63,999 nt of DNA, filler included, from Chrysochromulina tobinii (GCA_001275005.1; 9 parts of 9 records of this genome joined end to end with filler, not necessarily neighbours in it), one strand, 5' to 3'. Positions 41,394-53,820 are shown, numbered from the whole stretch's first letter. The notes: generated from the letters alone by a model not told the origin. Program-made: numbers and translations.

Positions 41394-42935
41394 TCATGCA
41401 CTCCACATTGCAGTCGTGATGGACGTGGCCGGCAGCATCACCTCGGCAATGCGCTCGCCGCTGCACACAGTCACTTGCCGCTCGCTCGTAGCCCGATTCA
41501 CCAGTTGCAGCACGGCGCCATTCGGAGACGGAGTGTGCTGCTCCTCGGCAGGTGCCTCAAACGCAACTGCAGAGACGCCCTCTGGAAGAGCTGCCTCGCG
41601 CGTGCCAAGGCGCGCGACGCCTGGGCGCACGAAGCGTGAAAAATGCGCCAGGAAATAGAAGAGGGCCGTTGGGTGGAAGGACGGAGCATCGACGACGACA
41701 ATGGGCTGCTGGAAATTGTCGCCAAAGTCTCCGTGCTGGGGCGAGTATGCGAACGGACCACCCTGGGCGTTCAGGAGCAGATTCCAGTAGATCCAGCCAG
41801 ACGCGCCCGCCTGCACCTCCTTGATGATCCTGTGGCCCCACGTGGGCCCATCTGCCCAATCCGTACGGGGTAACGGGGGCGCAAGCTCTGGGTCGCGCGG
41901 CCAGTCGGTGCATTTGGAAAGCGTGGCCGCCGACTTGCAGTTCGGGTCGTCGCCGTTGTAGGCATAGCAGATCTCCGTCATCCACAGCGGTCGGCCGGGG
42001 TACGCGCGCGCCAGGCTGTCGATGGCATCGTATCGCTGGCGCGCATCGTTGCAGGAGCCGTCGTCCTCGTACTGGCAATCGTAGCCATGGTACGCGATGA
42101 CGTCCATGTACTTACGCGCACCCTCGTCCGCCATCACGGTGGGCACGAATATTCCCGCCGACTCTCGGGTGGCCTGACCGCCGTAGGACAGCTTCACCAA
42201 AGGCCAGAGGCCACGGCGTTCGAATAGAGGGCCGAGGTGTTGACCGAGGAATTTGGCAAGCTGCGGCGCACCCATCTTCGTGTACGAGTCGGCCGGCTCG
42301 TTGAATGCCTCGAGGAATGTGAGGGCGAGGCCATGTGACCTGTACGCCTCCACATACCGTGCAAAGTAGAGGGCGAGCGCATCGTAATACTTGGGCTCGA
42401 CGACGCCGAGTAGCGGCAGCGAATCAACGAGCATCCAGTCAGGCGGGAAGTCCATGTACGCCTGTAGCGTGCCATTAAAGCCAGCTGAATACGCGCGTTT
42501 GAGGAATGGAATGGTCCCATTGGGGCGCAAATCGCGCTCGATGGTGAAGTTGACCATGCCAACGTCGCCGGGCACGTCATCATACGTGGACCAAGGTGCC
42601 TGCGTCGAGAAGTCGTTGCACAGCATCGTCGTCTTAAGGGCGCTGAGCCTCGCTCCTGTGGACCCAAACAGAAGTTCGAGGAGCTCCGACTGCGCATTCG
42701 CAGGCAGTGAATTGAGATTCATGGCGCTTGCTTCGGTCATTGAGGCTCCAAAGCCACCCATGATCTGCCGCCGGTCATCGTGGAGTACAGTCACACTTGT
42801 CTCTGGGCATCGGCCAGTGCGCCAATCAATATCAGACTGTGTTGCGAGGCGTTGTTTGACGTCCGAAACCACACGATGCAGCACATTCAAGCTCGTGCCA
42901 ACAACCAGGGGCAAGTTCAGCAGGTGCAGGAGCAT
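41394..42935 (-). CDS. Glycoside hydrolase family 30 (glucosylceramidase-like)
   Basis: QIMGGFGASMTEAS, PPDWML, ALYFARYVEAY, FNEP (acid/base), LWMTE (nucleophile), GWIYWNLLLN..GGP, FYFLAHFSRFVRPG. Confidence 0.92.
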   Translation of the reverse strand: MLLHLLNLPLVVGTSLNVLHRVVSDVKQRLATQSDIDWRTGRCPETSVTVLHDDRRQIMGGFGASMTEASAMNLNSLPANAQSELLELLFGSTGARLSALKTTMLCNDFSTQAPWSTYDDVPGDVGMVNFTIERDLRPNGTIPFLKRAYSAGFNGTLQAYMDFPPDWMLVDSLPLLGVVEPKYYDALALYFARYVEAYRSHGLALTFLEAFNEPADSYTKMGAPQLAKFLGQHLGPLFERRGLWPLVKLSYGGQATRESAGIFVPTVMADEGARKYMDVIAYHGYDCQYEDDGSCNDARQRYDAIDSLARAYPGRPLWMTEICYAYNGDDPNCKSAATLSKCTDWPRDPELAPPLPRTDWADGPTWGHRIIKEVQAGASGWIYWNLLLNAQGGPFAYSPQHGDFGDNFQQPIVVVDAPSFHPTALFYFLAHFSRFVRPGVARLGTREAALPEGVSAVAFEAPAEEQHTPSPNGAVLQLVNRATSERQVTVCSGERIAEVMLPATSITTAMWSA

Positions 42936-43197
42936 GGCGTAATGAAGCTGAGAGTGAGTGAGGCGTCGCGGAGGGGTGCACATCGCGGAGCGGAGAGCCC
43001 GGGCGCGCCGAAAGTTTGAGAGCCATCCATTTATGGCCACGCCTCAAAACCACTTCAGGCCCAAGACTCTCGATGTCGTTTGAAACGTTCATCAGTATTT
43101 CAGTCACACACGAGACAGACACACACGGGACACATACGTGACAGCACCGGAGATGCTCCGGTACACACCGTAGTTTCACGTTCACAACTAATCGCGG

Positions 43198-44367
43198 ATG
43201 TCCATCCGCGCGGTTGCCGACGGCACGGCCAGCGCAGCGCATGAGTGCAATACGCTGCGGACTAGACACAATGTGCAACCGGGAGCATCTTGGGGAACCC
43301 TTTCGGTCGCGGGCAAGCGGCGGTGGGCTGAGATAGCCTGCGATCACACCGATGTGTCACAGTGTCACAGCAACCCGCCATGCGGGGTGCACTTGGGCCG
43401 GGCGTGCACACAAGAAAGCCCCATGTGCCTTCCCGTGGTGCCCGGGCAAGAGCCAAAAGGTGTGTCCCTCTTCCAGCCGAGGTGCTCAAACGGGGCTCAG
43501 GTCTCCAGTTGGCCGCGTTTTGACTCGCTCGGCGACCTAGTGGCCAACTCGCGGTGGGCCCGATATTTTCTGAGCGTGTACGGCGAGCTACCGATGGCGC
43601 GTGATTTCCCCGTGTGCACCTTCGATTTCTGGTCGATTGACAAGCCAAAGCTGGACGCTGCGGGCATCACGACGCCCTCGCCCGTTCGAAAGCGCGTGCA
43701 GCCCAGATACAACGAGAGGCGCTTCAACTGGACAGACGGTGAACTCTTCGGGCGCTACCATGAGGACAACCCGCAGTTCTACCACGGATTTGCAATTTAC
43801 CACTCGGACCGGCCATATGTCAAGCACAACCAGTGGGTGGAGGTCACGCACCACCGAGCCACGAACACGAGGGGTACCGCCGACGAAGCCTCCGGAAGGG
43901 GGGCCAATATGTGGTTTACCTATACGCCCGGCAGCGGCGTCTGGTACTGGACTGGGCGAACGGGGCTCTTTGATAGCCACGATGCGGCTGCGCGCGCGCT
44001 CTGCCACAACGTTACGAGCGCCAAGTGGCTGCGTACGGCCCTGATCGACGACGGCTTCTTGTCCGTCTGCGCACGGCGCGCGGGCTTTGACACGATCGCC
44101 TTCCGGAGCTCGCGCATGAAGATCCAGAACAAGAGCTGTGAGCTCCATGATCTCGTGCGATGCCCAGCGATCGTGACCACGAGCGGCACTGTCGCGACCA
44201 TGGGCATGGTCGGCATGCTCGAGCTCTTTGCGCCCCGACTGGCGGGCCGGTGGTCGTGCGGGCAGAGGGCAAGTGGCGGCAAGCCTCTCGCACGCTTTCG
44301 TGCAGGCTGGCGGGCGTCGAGGGAGTGCGTCTGCAACAATAGCGAGCCTTGGCTGAATTGCGCGTAG
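43198..44367 (+). CDS. Hypothetical protein, aromatic/Cys-rich
   Basis: 389-aa ORF with globular-looking blocks WARYFLSVYG, WVEVTH, WFTYTPGSGVWYWTGRT, GFDTIAF; start uncertain. Confidence 0.6.
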   Translation: MSIRAVADGTASAAHECNTLRTRHNVQPGASWGTLSVAGKRRWAEIACDHTDVSQCHSNPPCGVHLGRACTQESPMCLPVVPGQEPKGVSLFQPRCSNGAQVSSWPRFDSLGDLVANSRWARYFLSVYGELPMARDFPVCTFDFWSIDKPKLDAAGITTPSPVRKRVQPRYNERRFNWTDGELFGRYHEDNPQFYHGFAIYHSDRPYVKHNQWVEVTHHRATNTRGTADEASGRGANMWFTYTPGSGVWYWTGRTGLFDSHDAAARALCHNVTSAKWLRTALIDDGFLSVCARRAGFDTIAFRSSRMKIQNKSCELHDLVRCPAIVTTSGTVATMGMVGMLELFAPRLAGRWSCGQRASGGKPLARFRAGWRASRECVCNNSEPWLNCA

Positions 44368-44446
44368 TTGTGAAACTGTTATTCTTTCAAACAACCGTTC
44401 ATCTCTCTCGTCACCTCGTGAATTATGGAGAACGCCCAAAGAAATT

Positions 44447-45656
44447 ATGGAGAATGCCGCTAAAGTCGGGACCGTTGCGGTAATTGCCGCAGGCGTCGGG
44501 CTCGGATTGTACTTATTGCATCTGAAGAAGCAGAGATCAGCTAGCGCACCGCCCGTGCCTGGCGAGGCCCACATAACTACTAACGATGGAATTCGCCTTC
44601 AGTACGAATGCACCCGCCTCGCCGGGACTGCGGCCAACCGGCGATCGCCTGTGCCACCAGTTGTCCTCATACATGGATGGAGCGGAAGTTGCCGCTATTT
44701 CGACAGCACCATCGATGCGATTGCGGCGAGGACAGGTGGCACAGTGTACGCTTACGATCTGCGATTCCATGGCCGGTCGGACAAGCCTTCGTGGGGCTTT
44801 CATGTGCACCGGCTGGCAGCCGATCTGCACGACTTCTTGACAGAGTTGCAGATCCAGCAACCTGTGGTGGTTGGCACATCCCTCGGCTGCGCCATCATCT
44901 GGGCGTTCATCGAGCTCTATGGAGACGACATGCTGCACAAGTGTGTCTTCGTCGATCAGGCACCGTCTCAATGGATTTTTTCCGATTGGTCATTTGGCAG
45001 CAAGGGTATCTACGACCCGGCCTCGCTTGCCAAGATTCAGGGAGCGCTCTTCGCCGGCATGGATAGTTTTGCAAAAGGCAACGCAGAGTGTTGCCTCTCG
45101 CACACACTGCCCGGGCCGCTCATGGAATTGCTAGCTCAGGAGACGCTGCGGTGCGACCCGGAGCACTTGGCGAGGCTCATGGCCGATCACGCGTGCGCAC
45201 GGCACGCGAGCTCGAACCTACTGGTTGCGATATTCATAGTGCATCTGATGGCATCTGATTATCTGATTGCATCCGATCGCACAGGATTGCATCCGAAAGC
45301 ATCTGATTGCAACTGACGGAGCTCGACTTGACAACACTGCGTCACCCGATTCGCAATGCCCAATCTCCAACGGTCGGTCTCCCTCATGCTGAGTCTCATG
45401 CGAGCATACGCCGACTCGCGTGTCTGACAGGCCGAGGGACTGGCGGCCAGTGCTGCGCCGCGTCAGCAGGCCGTGCCTCAATTTGTACGGCACGGACAGC
45501 GGTTGCTTCCCAGTCGAGGGCACGCGCGCCGTCGGCGAGCTCATCCCCGACTGCGAGAATGTCCCCTTCGACGGATGCAACCACTGGCTTTACCTAGAAG
45601 CGCCCGAGCGCTTCGCACAGCTCGTGGGCGACTTTGCGTTGAGAGCGTCGTCGTGA
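44447..45656 (+). CDS. Alpha/beta hydrolase (non-haem haloperoxidase-like); intron 45193-45430
   Basis: VVLIHGWSG, YDLRFHGRS, GTSLG nucleophile elbow, VDQAP; spliced MADHAPRDWRP; C-terminal NHWLYLEAPERF. Confidence 0.88.
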
Positions 45657-46293
45657 GCACGACGCGAGCTCGACAGGTCCGCGCCGGTCCCCTGCTCTGC
45701 TCCTGTGGGTTGTGGCCAGCGCGTTTCGCCGTGGATCGAGGAGAGCCCGCATGTAGCCCGCATGTTGGCTGGGGTTGGCGCGTAGAGCCCATATTACGTC
45801 CGGTCCGTCGCACATCTCGCGATACTGGGTAGATACTAGATGCTGGGCGCGACCGCGTGCGAACGTGCCGAACGTGCAACGTCTGGGGCGACGACGCCGG
45901 GATCGGCGGTATCCCGCCGGTCCGGGTCAAGATAGTCGTCAAGAGACCTACTACCGAGACCGTACCGCGACCGTGAGCAACGTTTTTTTAATTCTTCTGG
46001 AGGTGGAGCTAGGGCCGCAAGTGGGTTAGGTTCCATCGGGCCTAGGCTGCTCGACTAGGCTGCAGCCGTGCGCCGCTCATCTGTCATCATCAACCATCCG
46101 ATCCGCGCGTTTGGTCCGTTCGTCGGGCGCGGTGTGGCCCTCCCCTCGTCGACGCGCCACAGAGACCGCCGCCGCTCGGCCGCCGGAAATGTGCTGTCTC
46201 CGAACGAGGCCGGCCCAGCCGCTACCGAGCTTCAGTAGCTCGGTAGCCGGCTCAGGGTTCAGTCCTGCGGAACGTACGATCGAGGAGTTCTTC

Positions 46294-47538
46294 CTAACCA
46301 GGCAGACTTAGCGTCGCAAGAGTACTACTCTGACGCGTTTGACGGCGGTCCTGGCGGCGGGGGCGGCGGGTGCAGGAGCGGCTCAGCTGGCTCGCCGCGG
46401 TGCTCGGCGATGGTGGTGGGCCTGCCAGCCATTCCTCTCCTTCCCGATTGCGCGCCATTCGCCCAGCCGCCTTCTCAGCAAGCAGCGCGCGCATCTCCTC
46501 GGGAGAGGTTGCACTCGCGCCAGCGCCGCCTCCGTCGCCGCCGGCCGTGCGGCCAAACACATCACCGGGTGGCGATTGCTCGAGGTACGCGTCAAGGAGC
46601 ATCGCCTGCATTGGCGAGACTGGCACCTGCCGATCACGCGCAAGCGCGCCGAGCACGGAGCTGCGTACGTCGACTGCCTCGGCTGTCGCCTGCGCGATCG
46701 TGAGGGCGCTGCGTCCATCACAGAGCTCACCCGAGGCCGACGAGGCGAGCAGCGCACGCAGGTAGTCCGCCTTGAGCTGGCAAAAGAGCTGCCAGAACTG
46801 CTCATTGTGCGGCCCGATCTCATTGTGGCAGAGTTCGTGCAGCAGTGTGTCCACGATCGCCGGGTATGGGAGGAAGCCGCTTAAGTCTTGCGTGCGTAGT
46901 CGCATATGGATCTGAGCTCCCGCATTCGTGTTGTACCCGAGAAGTCGCTTTCCTTCGCCTTCCATCTTCTCAGCGTGCCGATCGTCGATCGGGTCGAGCT
47001 CAGCGAGTAAGCCCACGGTGTACTCGCGCGCCTTCATGATCGCGACGATCCCCGGGTCCTGAGCAAGCTTGAGGAGCAGCGCGCGAGCCTCGAACGCGTG
47101 CGGTGTCGAAGAGCCCGGCCGTGTGCCAAACGACTGCCATGTGCAAGGCTCGAAACGGCAGAAGCGGAACTTCGGATGCTGCGGCTGACCCCACTCGGAA
47201 AGCTCCTCCTGACCGTGCTGTTGGGCCAGATGGTGTGCGTGATTCGCTTCCTCGTTTGCAAAGCCCCGGATGGTCGGGTCCGCGCGTGCCTCTCGCACGG
47301 CGGCCACCTCCTTGACGCCGGTTGCCATAACCATGACCTTTGCTGAAGTCACTCCAACCAGTGCAGAGGCTGAAAGGGCCACACCAGGTGGAATCTGCTT
47401 GCCCTTGTAAAGGATCTTCAAGTTCTGACCCTCGAGCTCAAAGCTGCGCTCCACGGCAGAGAAGAGGCTGTCAGTGTTTTCCCCGGCTTCTATCGAAGCC
47501 GTAGCAGAGTTGCCCTTGTAGGCGAACGTGATCTCCAT
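46294..47538 (-). CDS. Ubiquitin-like + WLM (Wss1-like) metalloprotease
   Basis: UBL-like LKILYKGK..KVMVMAT; WLM motifs LLKLAQDPGIVAIM, LLGYNTNAG.I.MRLRT, DTLLHELCHNEIGPHNEQF (HExxH). Confidence 0.9.
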   Translation of the reverse strand: MEITFAYKGNSATASIEAGENTDSLFSAVERSFELEGQNLKILYKGKQIPPGVALSASALVGVTSAKVMVMATGVKEVAAVREARADPTIRGFANEEANHAHHLAQQHGQEELSEWGQPQHPKFRFCRFEPCTWQSFGTRPGSSTPHAFEARALLLKLAQDPGIVAIMKAREYTVGLLAELDPIDDRHAEKMEGEGKRLLGYNTNAGAQIHMRLRTQDLSGFLPYPAIVDTLLHELCHNEIGPHNEQFWQLFCQLKADYLRALLASSASGELCDGRSALTIAQATAEAVDVRSSVLGALARDRQVPVSPMQAMLLDAYLEQSPPGDVFGRTAGGDGGGAGASATSPEEMRALLAEKAAGRMARNREGEEWLAGPPPSPSTAASQLSRSCTRRPRRQDRRQTRQSSTLATLSLPG

Positions 47539-47803
47539 TGCCAAGCGCGCGCCGCCCGCCGCCGCGAGTGCGACAACAAGGATGATTTTTGCAAAGACAA
47601 CAAGGAACAAGCACACGTTAGGAAGGGTCGGTCAGAGAAGACTTTGGGGTCAGAGAAGACTCACACGCAAATTAACACCGGTCGGCTCTGAGGCCTAACC
47701 CCACCGTACGCGTCCGGCGTGTGAAATCGATAACTCGTTATAATGACACGCTCGGATGCCGGTCGTATAATATGATAGGGCTAATGGGCTAACGGAAGGA
47801 ACT

Positions 47804-47880
47804 TCGCCGGCCGGCCTCTCTGGGGGCCGACCGACGCTCCCTCGCCGGCCGGCCTCTCTGGGGGCCGACCGACGCTCCCT
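47804..47880. repeat. Perfect 38-bp tandem duplication in the putative retroelement 3' region
   Basis: tcgccggccggcctctctgggggccgaccgacgctccc x2. Confidence 0.9.
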
Positions 47881-48057
47881 ACTCCGTACCGACTGCGCCG
47901 GCGCGGGCGCTGGACGCGCTGTTAAGCGCCGGCGGTGCGGTGAAAAGATTTACGCGACCCGTTAGGCATCGCCGTCAAAGTCGCCCTATGCATAGTGGAT
48001 CAAAGGTCAAAGAGCCATCAAAGTACCATCAAAGAGGCATAAAGGAACAGTGGGTTG

Positions 48058-49853
48058 TCACATCGGGGCGCGGGGCAGGGCCCAGCAGTCGATGCGTGGC
48101 AGTTTGCACGGGCGCCATATGGCCCCGAGCCGTTGTAGGAGGGCATAGTCCCCCCGTGATGGTCCGTCAGACAGGTTGTCCTCGGAGTACACGAAGCCAA
48201 ACCAGGTCTGGCACTGGAGGGCCATGAGCTCGACGTGCATGGCGTTGATGATGCGCGCGGAGTCGGGTTTGCTTGACGAGCCCTTGATGAGGCCCGCGCG
48301 GGCTGGACGGTTGTCGATGAAGTGGTGCGCGAGGCGGCGGCCGAGGATGTCGGGCCACGTGATGTATGCACACACGGCAGCGATGAGCTCGAGCTGAGTG
48401 ATGTACGTCTTCTTGAGCTGAATGTTGCGCAGGACTGCCACGAGCTTGCGAGTGTCGGCGACTGCCGTGTAGAAAAGCTCGCGACGTTGCGGGCACCAGA
48501 TGACGACGCCAAGGCCACCGGAGCCGGTCGCCATGTCGAAAGATGCGTCGGAGAGGATGACGACCGCCCAGTCACGCCTGCGAAAGAGGGAGTACACGAC
48601 GGGTTGCAGGCGGTCGAGGATCTCGAGGAGGGAGGAGAGTGACTCGTAGACCTCGGAGCCGGGCACCACTGGCGCCTCGGTCTTCACGGTCTGAAGAGGC
48701 TGGAGAACGCCAAGGCCGACCCGCCCGAAGATGGGACAGAGGACGAAGCGCGATTTGCCGAAGAGCTTTGTTGATTGAGCGCGACGGATGGTACGTTCTG
48801 CGAAGACGCCGCGCACGACGGTGCGTAGCTTGTCCTTGCGCTCCTCGGTGACACCGAGCGTGACTGTCGCATCGATGTGGACACGGGAGAAATCGGACAA
48901 GACGCCGAGGTTGACGGCGGGCTCGTCGAAGCGGACATGTTTGGATTCGTCGAATCCTGGGCCAAACATGTCGACGAAGGTGTTGAAGGTGCCTTGGGAC
49001 GAGGGCTGGTCGTACCATGGGCCACCTATCTGGAAATCATCGTAGTACCCTGTTGCCGGGATCGCGAGGAGGCGGCGACCGAGGTGCGTGTAGAGGGCGG
49101 TGATCCTGTTCCAGCCGAGAACCGCGGAGTAGTATCCGAAACAGAATCCGGGGATGATGAAGTATTCCGCGGTCTTTGTCGCAGGGTTGAAGAGACAGAC
49201 GACCATGAGACCAGGGTTTCGACACGGGAGGCGTCTGTACGCCTTTTTGCAGTCGTCGCTCCCGTGGTAGTACTTGTCGACTGTGTCGAGGATGGCAGAG
49301 CCATGGTGGGTCGACCACATGCCGAGTCGGACGAGCTCATCCTGCCACTGCATCTGTGCGCGCGCGAAAGCTGCGGCGACGTGAGCTGGGGAGTCCGGGC
49401 GGATAAGAGACAGCTTGTCGAGTGTTCCGGTGATCGAGTTGATCCCGTTTTCGGAGCCGTCGTCGCACGGGCGAATCTTGCCCTTTTGTTCGACGCCAAA
49501 TCTGCGCATGGATCGCCAGGTTCCTGGGCCGCGGAGCCAGGGGTGCGCATCGAGCTCCTCTGGGTGGAACCCACGCCATTGGCCGGGCTTGTGCTCGACG
49601 CCGAGGCACCAACGGCCTTCGCATTCTTTGATCGTGGCGTCCCAGACGGTGGTGACGGCCGTCCAAGCGTCGCTCGACGGGTCGGCAGCGGCTTTGTGGC
49701 CGCGGACGTAGACGGAGGCACGCAGCTGTGCGTTCCAGAGTCGATTGGAGACAGGGTTGACCACTTGCTCCGTTGGGATGTCCGGCGGATCGCCGCCCGT
49801 GGCGTAGATGCCGCAGCTTGGAAGGAAACCATGCGTGGCGAAGCCTTTGACAA
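48058..49853 (-). mobile_element. DIRS/Ngaro-like (tyrosine-recombinase class) retrotransposon RT-RNase H ORF, 5' truncated at contig end
   Basis: RRFGVEQKGKIRPCDD, DDCKKAYRRLP, FCFG..SAVLGWNR, YYDDF, K..LGV; RNase H ILSDAS, ITQLEL, FIDN, SEDNLSDGPSR; frame open to the gap. Confidence 0.85.
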
Positions 49854-49953
49854 NNNNNNNNNNNNNNNNNNNNNNNNNNNNNNNNNNNNNNNNNNNNTTA
49901 ATTAATTAANNNNNNNNNNNNNNNNNNNNNNNNNNNNNNNNNNNNNNNNNNNN
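49854..49953. other. Artificial contig-joining spacer
   Basis: N44-ttaattaattaa-N44. Confidence 0.98.
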
Positions 49954-52900
49954 CGGCGGCGCCCGCGGCGGCGCCCGCGGCGGCGCCCGCCTCCGCCTCG
50001 GCCGCCGCTCTCACACTCGCCGCATCGGCACGGGCGATGGCGCGCGCGGCAGCCCGCGCGGCCTCTCGACGATCGAAGACGAGCTGGTGCGCGGAGCCGC
50101 CTGAGTTCGTCGCCTCGAGCAGCTTGATGAACACGGCGCGCTTGCGCCCGAATTGGAGGAGGGGCTTGAGCGCACAGAGCTCGTGCGCTAGAGCTCCGCC
50201 GCTCGTGCTTTCGCTCAGATCGACCCAGGGCAGCAGCCGCTCGAAGCACGCCTCATTCAGCTCTCGGAGGACCCTCGATCGCGCGAACAAGGCCTCGGCT
50301 GTCAGTGGCTGCAGCTGGTTGTACAGCCCATTATCGAGCAGCACAGTCGCGACGACCTCGTGCATGTCACTCAACTCGAGCTCCGCCGCCGCCGGGAGTG
50401 CCCCGATGGGATCTTCTGCGAGGCCGAGCTGCGTCGCCTTTGCCTTCTGGCGTGCCTGCACAAGCCGGGTCAGCTGCTTGTCCATTGCGAGCGACCACGC
50501 GCTGTTCTGGGCGAGCGCGCACGCGCGCTCCCTGTCCACGAACAAAGTGGCATCCTCGAACAACGTCGCACCCACCTTCTCCGAGAATGAGCTGATCGAC
50601 TTGACGAGCACCGCGTGGGGCAGCGGCCCGCGCGTGAACACGGAGCGCATGAGGGCCATCGCCTCGCCCATCGCTGCCCATTCGGGTGGCACGAGCGCTA
50701 GGGCGCGAGGGTCTCCACTGGCGAGCAAGTAGAGGAGAGGCACTGCCTGGGCTTGCAAGCTGATCGGGTGTGCGGCCGTCTGGATGTCGGAGGCTTTCAC
50801 TGCAGGCGGCGCGATCAGCTGGGAGAGCGCCAGGCGCACCTCAGAGACGGGCGCCGTGACGGGCGCACCGCTGCCGGCATGCAGCCGGGTGGCGGCGAGG
50901 GGGCTGCCCGCAGCCTTGATTGCGTGCGCGAGGCAGCGGAGCACGAGGCGGCAGTCTTGGGCGCTCTTGAGCGGCGTCACGAACGAGGCCCTGAGCTTGG
51001 CGGAGCGGCCGAGGCGCGCGCATAGGATCTCATACGCTTCGATCGAGATGGGCACCGAGGTTGGCACCGAGATCGAGGTTGGCACCGAGATCGGCACCGA
51101 GGCGACGAGCGTCGAGTCGCCAGCGCGTGTTCCACCGCCGGCACCGCCGCTGCTGCTGCTGGCGCTGCTGCTGGCGCTGCTGCTGGCGCTGCTGCTGGCG
51201 CTGCTGCTGGCGCTGCTGCTGGCGCTGCTGCTGGCACTGCTTTCGAGTCTTGCGCGCGCGCCGTGGCGGCGTTCGGCGGAGGACGTGTGGCGTAGGAAGA
51301 GCCACGCGCCTAGTCGGAAGAGGGCCGCTGATTCGGCGGGGCTGATGAGAGCGCGACGGGCGGGAGCGGCTGAGGGCACATCATATCCACCGGTGCGTAC
51401 AAGCAAGCCGTCATCCATCGAGGTGATGCTCACTAGCTCGACCTCCTTCGCGTCAGAGTCATAGAAGATGGCACACGGGCGCACCGGCCCGGAGAGGCCC
51501 GACAGAACGCCGTGCCGCTCCCCATTCACATAGACGATCGCCTCGCTCGCATCCATGTCGACGCTCAGCTTGATCTCACTCGACACTGTGAGTGAGCCTT
51601 GACCTCGCCTCTCTTCGCGGTCGGCGGCTCCATCGCAGTACATATGTCCCGAGAAGTTGCGCAGCCACCAGAGGCCGCGGGGCGGCTGGTTGATCCAACC
51701 GCCGTCGCGCGGGAAGTGCTCTTCACTGAGCATGGACTCGAGGACGAGGCCGACGCCGCCGCCATGATTGCTATCGACGTGCCATCTGAACACGACCTCA
51801 TGCTTGCCGCGGCTGAGGACCTTATCGATGGCCACGATCGTCTTTTGAGAGCCGTTGGAGCGCAGCACCCTCCCGTCCGAGTCATCGAGTGTGTTATGCT
51901 GGCCAGGGGACGTTGAGAGCGTCGCTGGCTGCCACCGTGGCGGCTCCGACGTGGGCATGGCCCTCGGCGCTGTCGTGACCTCGAGCGCCGCCCCGAGCGC
52001 CGGCTCGCCCAAGAAGACGCTCGGGCACCCTATCGAGCCACCCACGAGTAACGACGCGCTGGGTTGGGCTGCGGCCACCCCGAGCGCCGTGGTGAGCGCT
52101 GCCGGCATGTGCGCCGAGCCGAGGCCGATCGGGGGCACCTCCCCGGACATGAGGCAGCACGCGAGCGCGAGCAGCGGCGCCGGCGCCCCCTCCGCATCGG
52201 CCGGGGTGTCTAAGGCGAGCTCGGTGAGCTGTGCCACCGTCTCCGGGCCGGTGGTGAGGAGCAGCCGCTGCAGCAACGTCGCGTACGAGGCAGAACCGTT
52301 CGCGCCCCGCCCGGCGCTCGCATCGGCGTACGCCCCGAGCACCTGCTCTCGCGTGGCGCGGCTGGTGCGCAGGAGCAGCTGAGCCGCAAGCCAATGGGAT
52401 GAGTGCATTAGCATCGCACGGAGCGCTTCGAGAAGCTTGGTCATGCACTGGAGCCTGCCGTCGTCGTGAGCGCCCGCGAGAGCGCGCACCGCGGCCGCGC
52501 CGCCGTCCTCGGCGCGTTGCAGCGTGCCCGAGTCCGCGCGTAGCCGCGCGAAGCCGCACCGGGTGTCGTCGACGAGGGTTCGAAGCGCCTCCGCCTCTTC
52601 CGCGTGCGATCGAGCACTCGAGTCGGCCACGGAGCTCGAGTAATAGTACCGCTTGGCGCCAGAGGCGAGGGGCGACTTGTCATCGAGCGCCGTCATCAGA
52701 GGCACCGTGCCAAAGGGCTTGGCGAGGGCCCTCGCTTCAAGAGCGATGAGGTCCGCCTTTGCCAGCGCTCTCGTCTCGATCGCCTCGGGGATGGCGGGCG
52801 ACGCCGCCGCTCGAGCCGTCGACGTCGCACCGCCACCTGCCCCCTCGAGGCTGGCCGCGATGGCAAGTGCGACTTGGCGCTCCTCCTCGGAGATGCCCGC

Positions 52901-53678
52901 GCCCTCCAAGCCAGCACGCTCGGCGCTGCCAGCTCCCTCGCCTTCTTCAAGCTTCGGCATCCCCGCATCGGTAAATGGGCGTGACCAAAAGGACAGGGTT
53001 GTGCCCTCATCAGCACCCATCGTCGAAGCCAAGTCGAAGCCGCCGCGGCCGCGGCCGCGCTCGACGCCCTTGCCTTTCCCTCCACCCTCGACAGTCACGA
53101 CGCGCCGGCCAGAGGTGATCTGCACTGCGCCCTCACCACCACGGTCGAGGCTGAGGGTCGAGTAGTCGCGAGTGCTCTCACTCATCTTGCGCTTGCTGGC
53201 GTCCCAGCTGCCCAGAGGCACCGCAGTGCACACACCGGACTGTGAAAAGTTCCAGCCCGACTCTTCTGGGCCAGTGCCTGCCTGGCAAATCTTCCAGTAC
53301 AAGCCGTCATAGTAGATGGCTCCGGTGCCGCCCTCACGCGTGTAGCATGGCCCTCCATTGCGCAGGCGGCCTGGGACGAGATTGTACGTACCCGAACAAT
53401 TGACCCCTCTGTCGCCCGAAACCACTTGGATGCGCGCCGGGGGGCCAAGAGGCTCGGGCGGCGGCGGCGCGGGCGGCGGTTTGGTCGGCGGCGGCTCGGT
53501 CGGCTTGCGGGCCTGGGTGGCGGAGCGGCGGAGCGCTTGGTATGCACTCGAAGCGGCGAGGAGGAAGGTGGCCCCGAGGTCAGCACCGCAGCCAGCGGGG
53601 CGCGCATGCGCACTGGAGGTTGGCGGAGCCGAGGCTACGGCCGAGGCGAGCGAGGGCGGTGCAGCGGCGGCGGCGGCA

Positions 53679-53713
<35 letters not shown>

Positions 53714-53720
53714 AGCGGCG
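49954..53720 (-). CDS. Internal fragment of a giant protein, probably HECT-type E3 ligase (UIM + SPRY/B30.2 + pre-HECT region); both ends truncated
   Basis: Frame open across the whole contig; UIM EEERQVALAIAASLE; SPRY-like LSRGKHE..GVGL..IKLSVDMD..VYVNGERHG..PVRPC; WSLAMDKQL..LRELN..LLPWVDL..K..L.AT..FDR resembles the HERC1/2-type HECT lead-in. The HECT domain itself is not seen. Confidence 0.65.
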
Positions 53721-53820
53721 NNNNNNNNNNNNNNNNNNNNNNNNNNNNNNNNNNNNNNNNNNNNTTAATTAATTAANNNNNNNNNNNNNNNNNNNNNNNN
53801 NNNNNNNNNNNNNNNNNNNN
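53721..53820. other. Artificial contig-joining spacer
   Basis: N44-ttaattaattaa-N44. Confidence 0.98.

Noticed and set aside
47660..47800. Possible self-cleaving ribozyme in the retroelement 3' region
   Set aside because: A stem (cacacgc/gcgtgtg) exists, but I could not fit hammerhead, HDV or twister cores; an Rfam scan would decide
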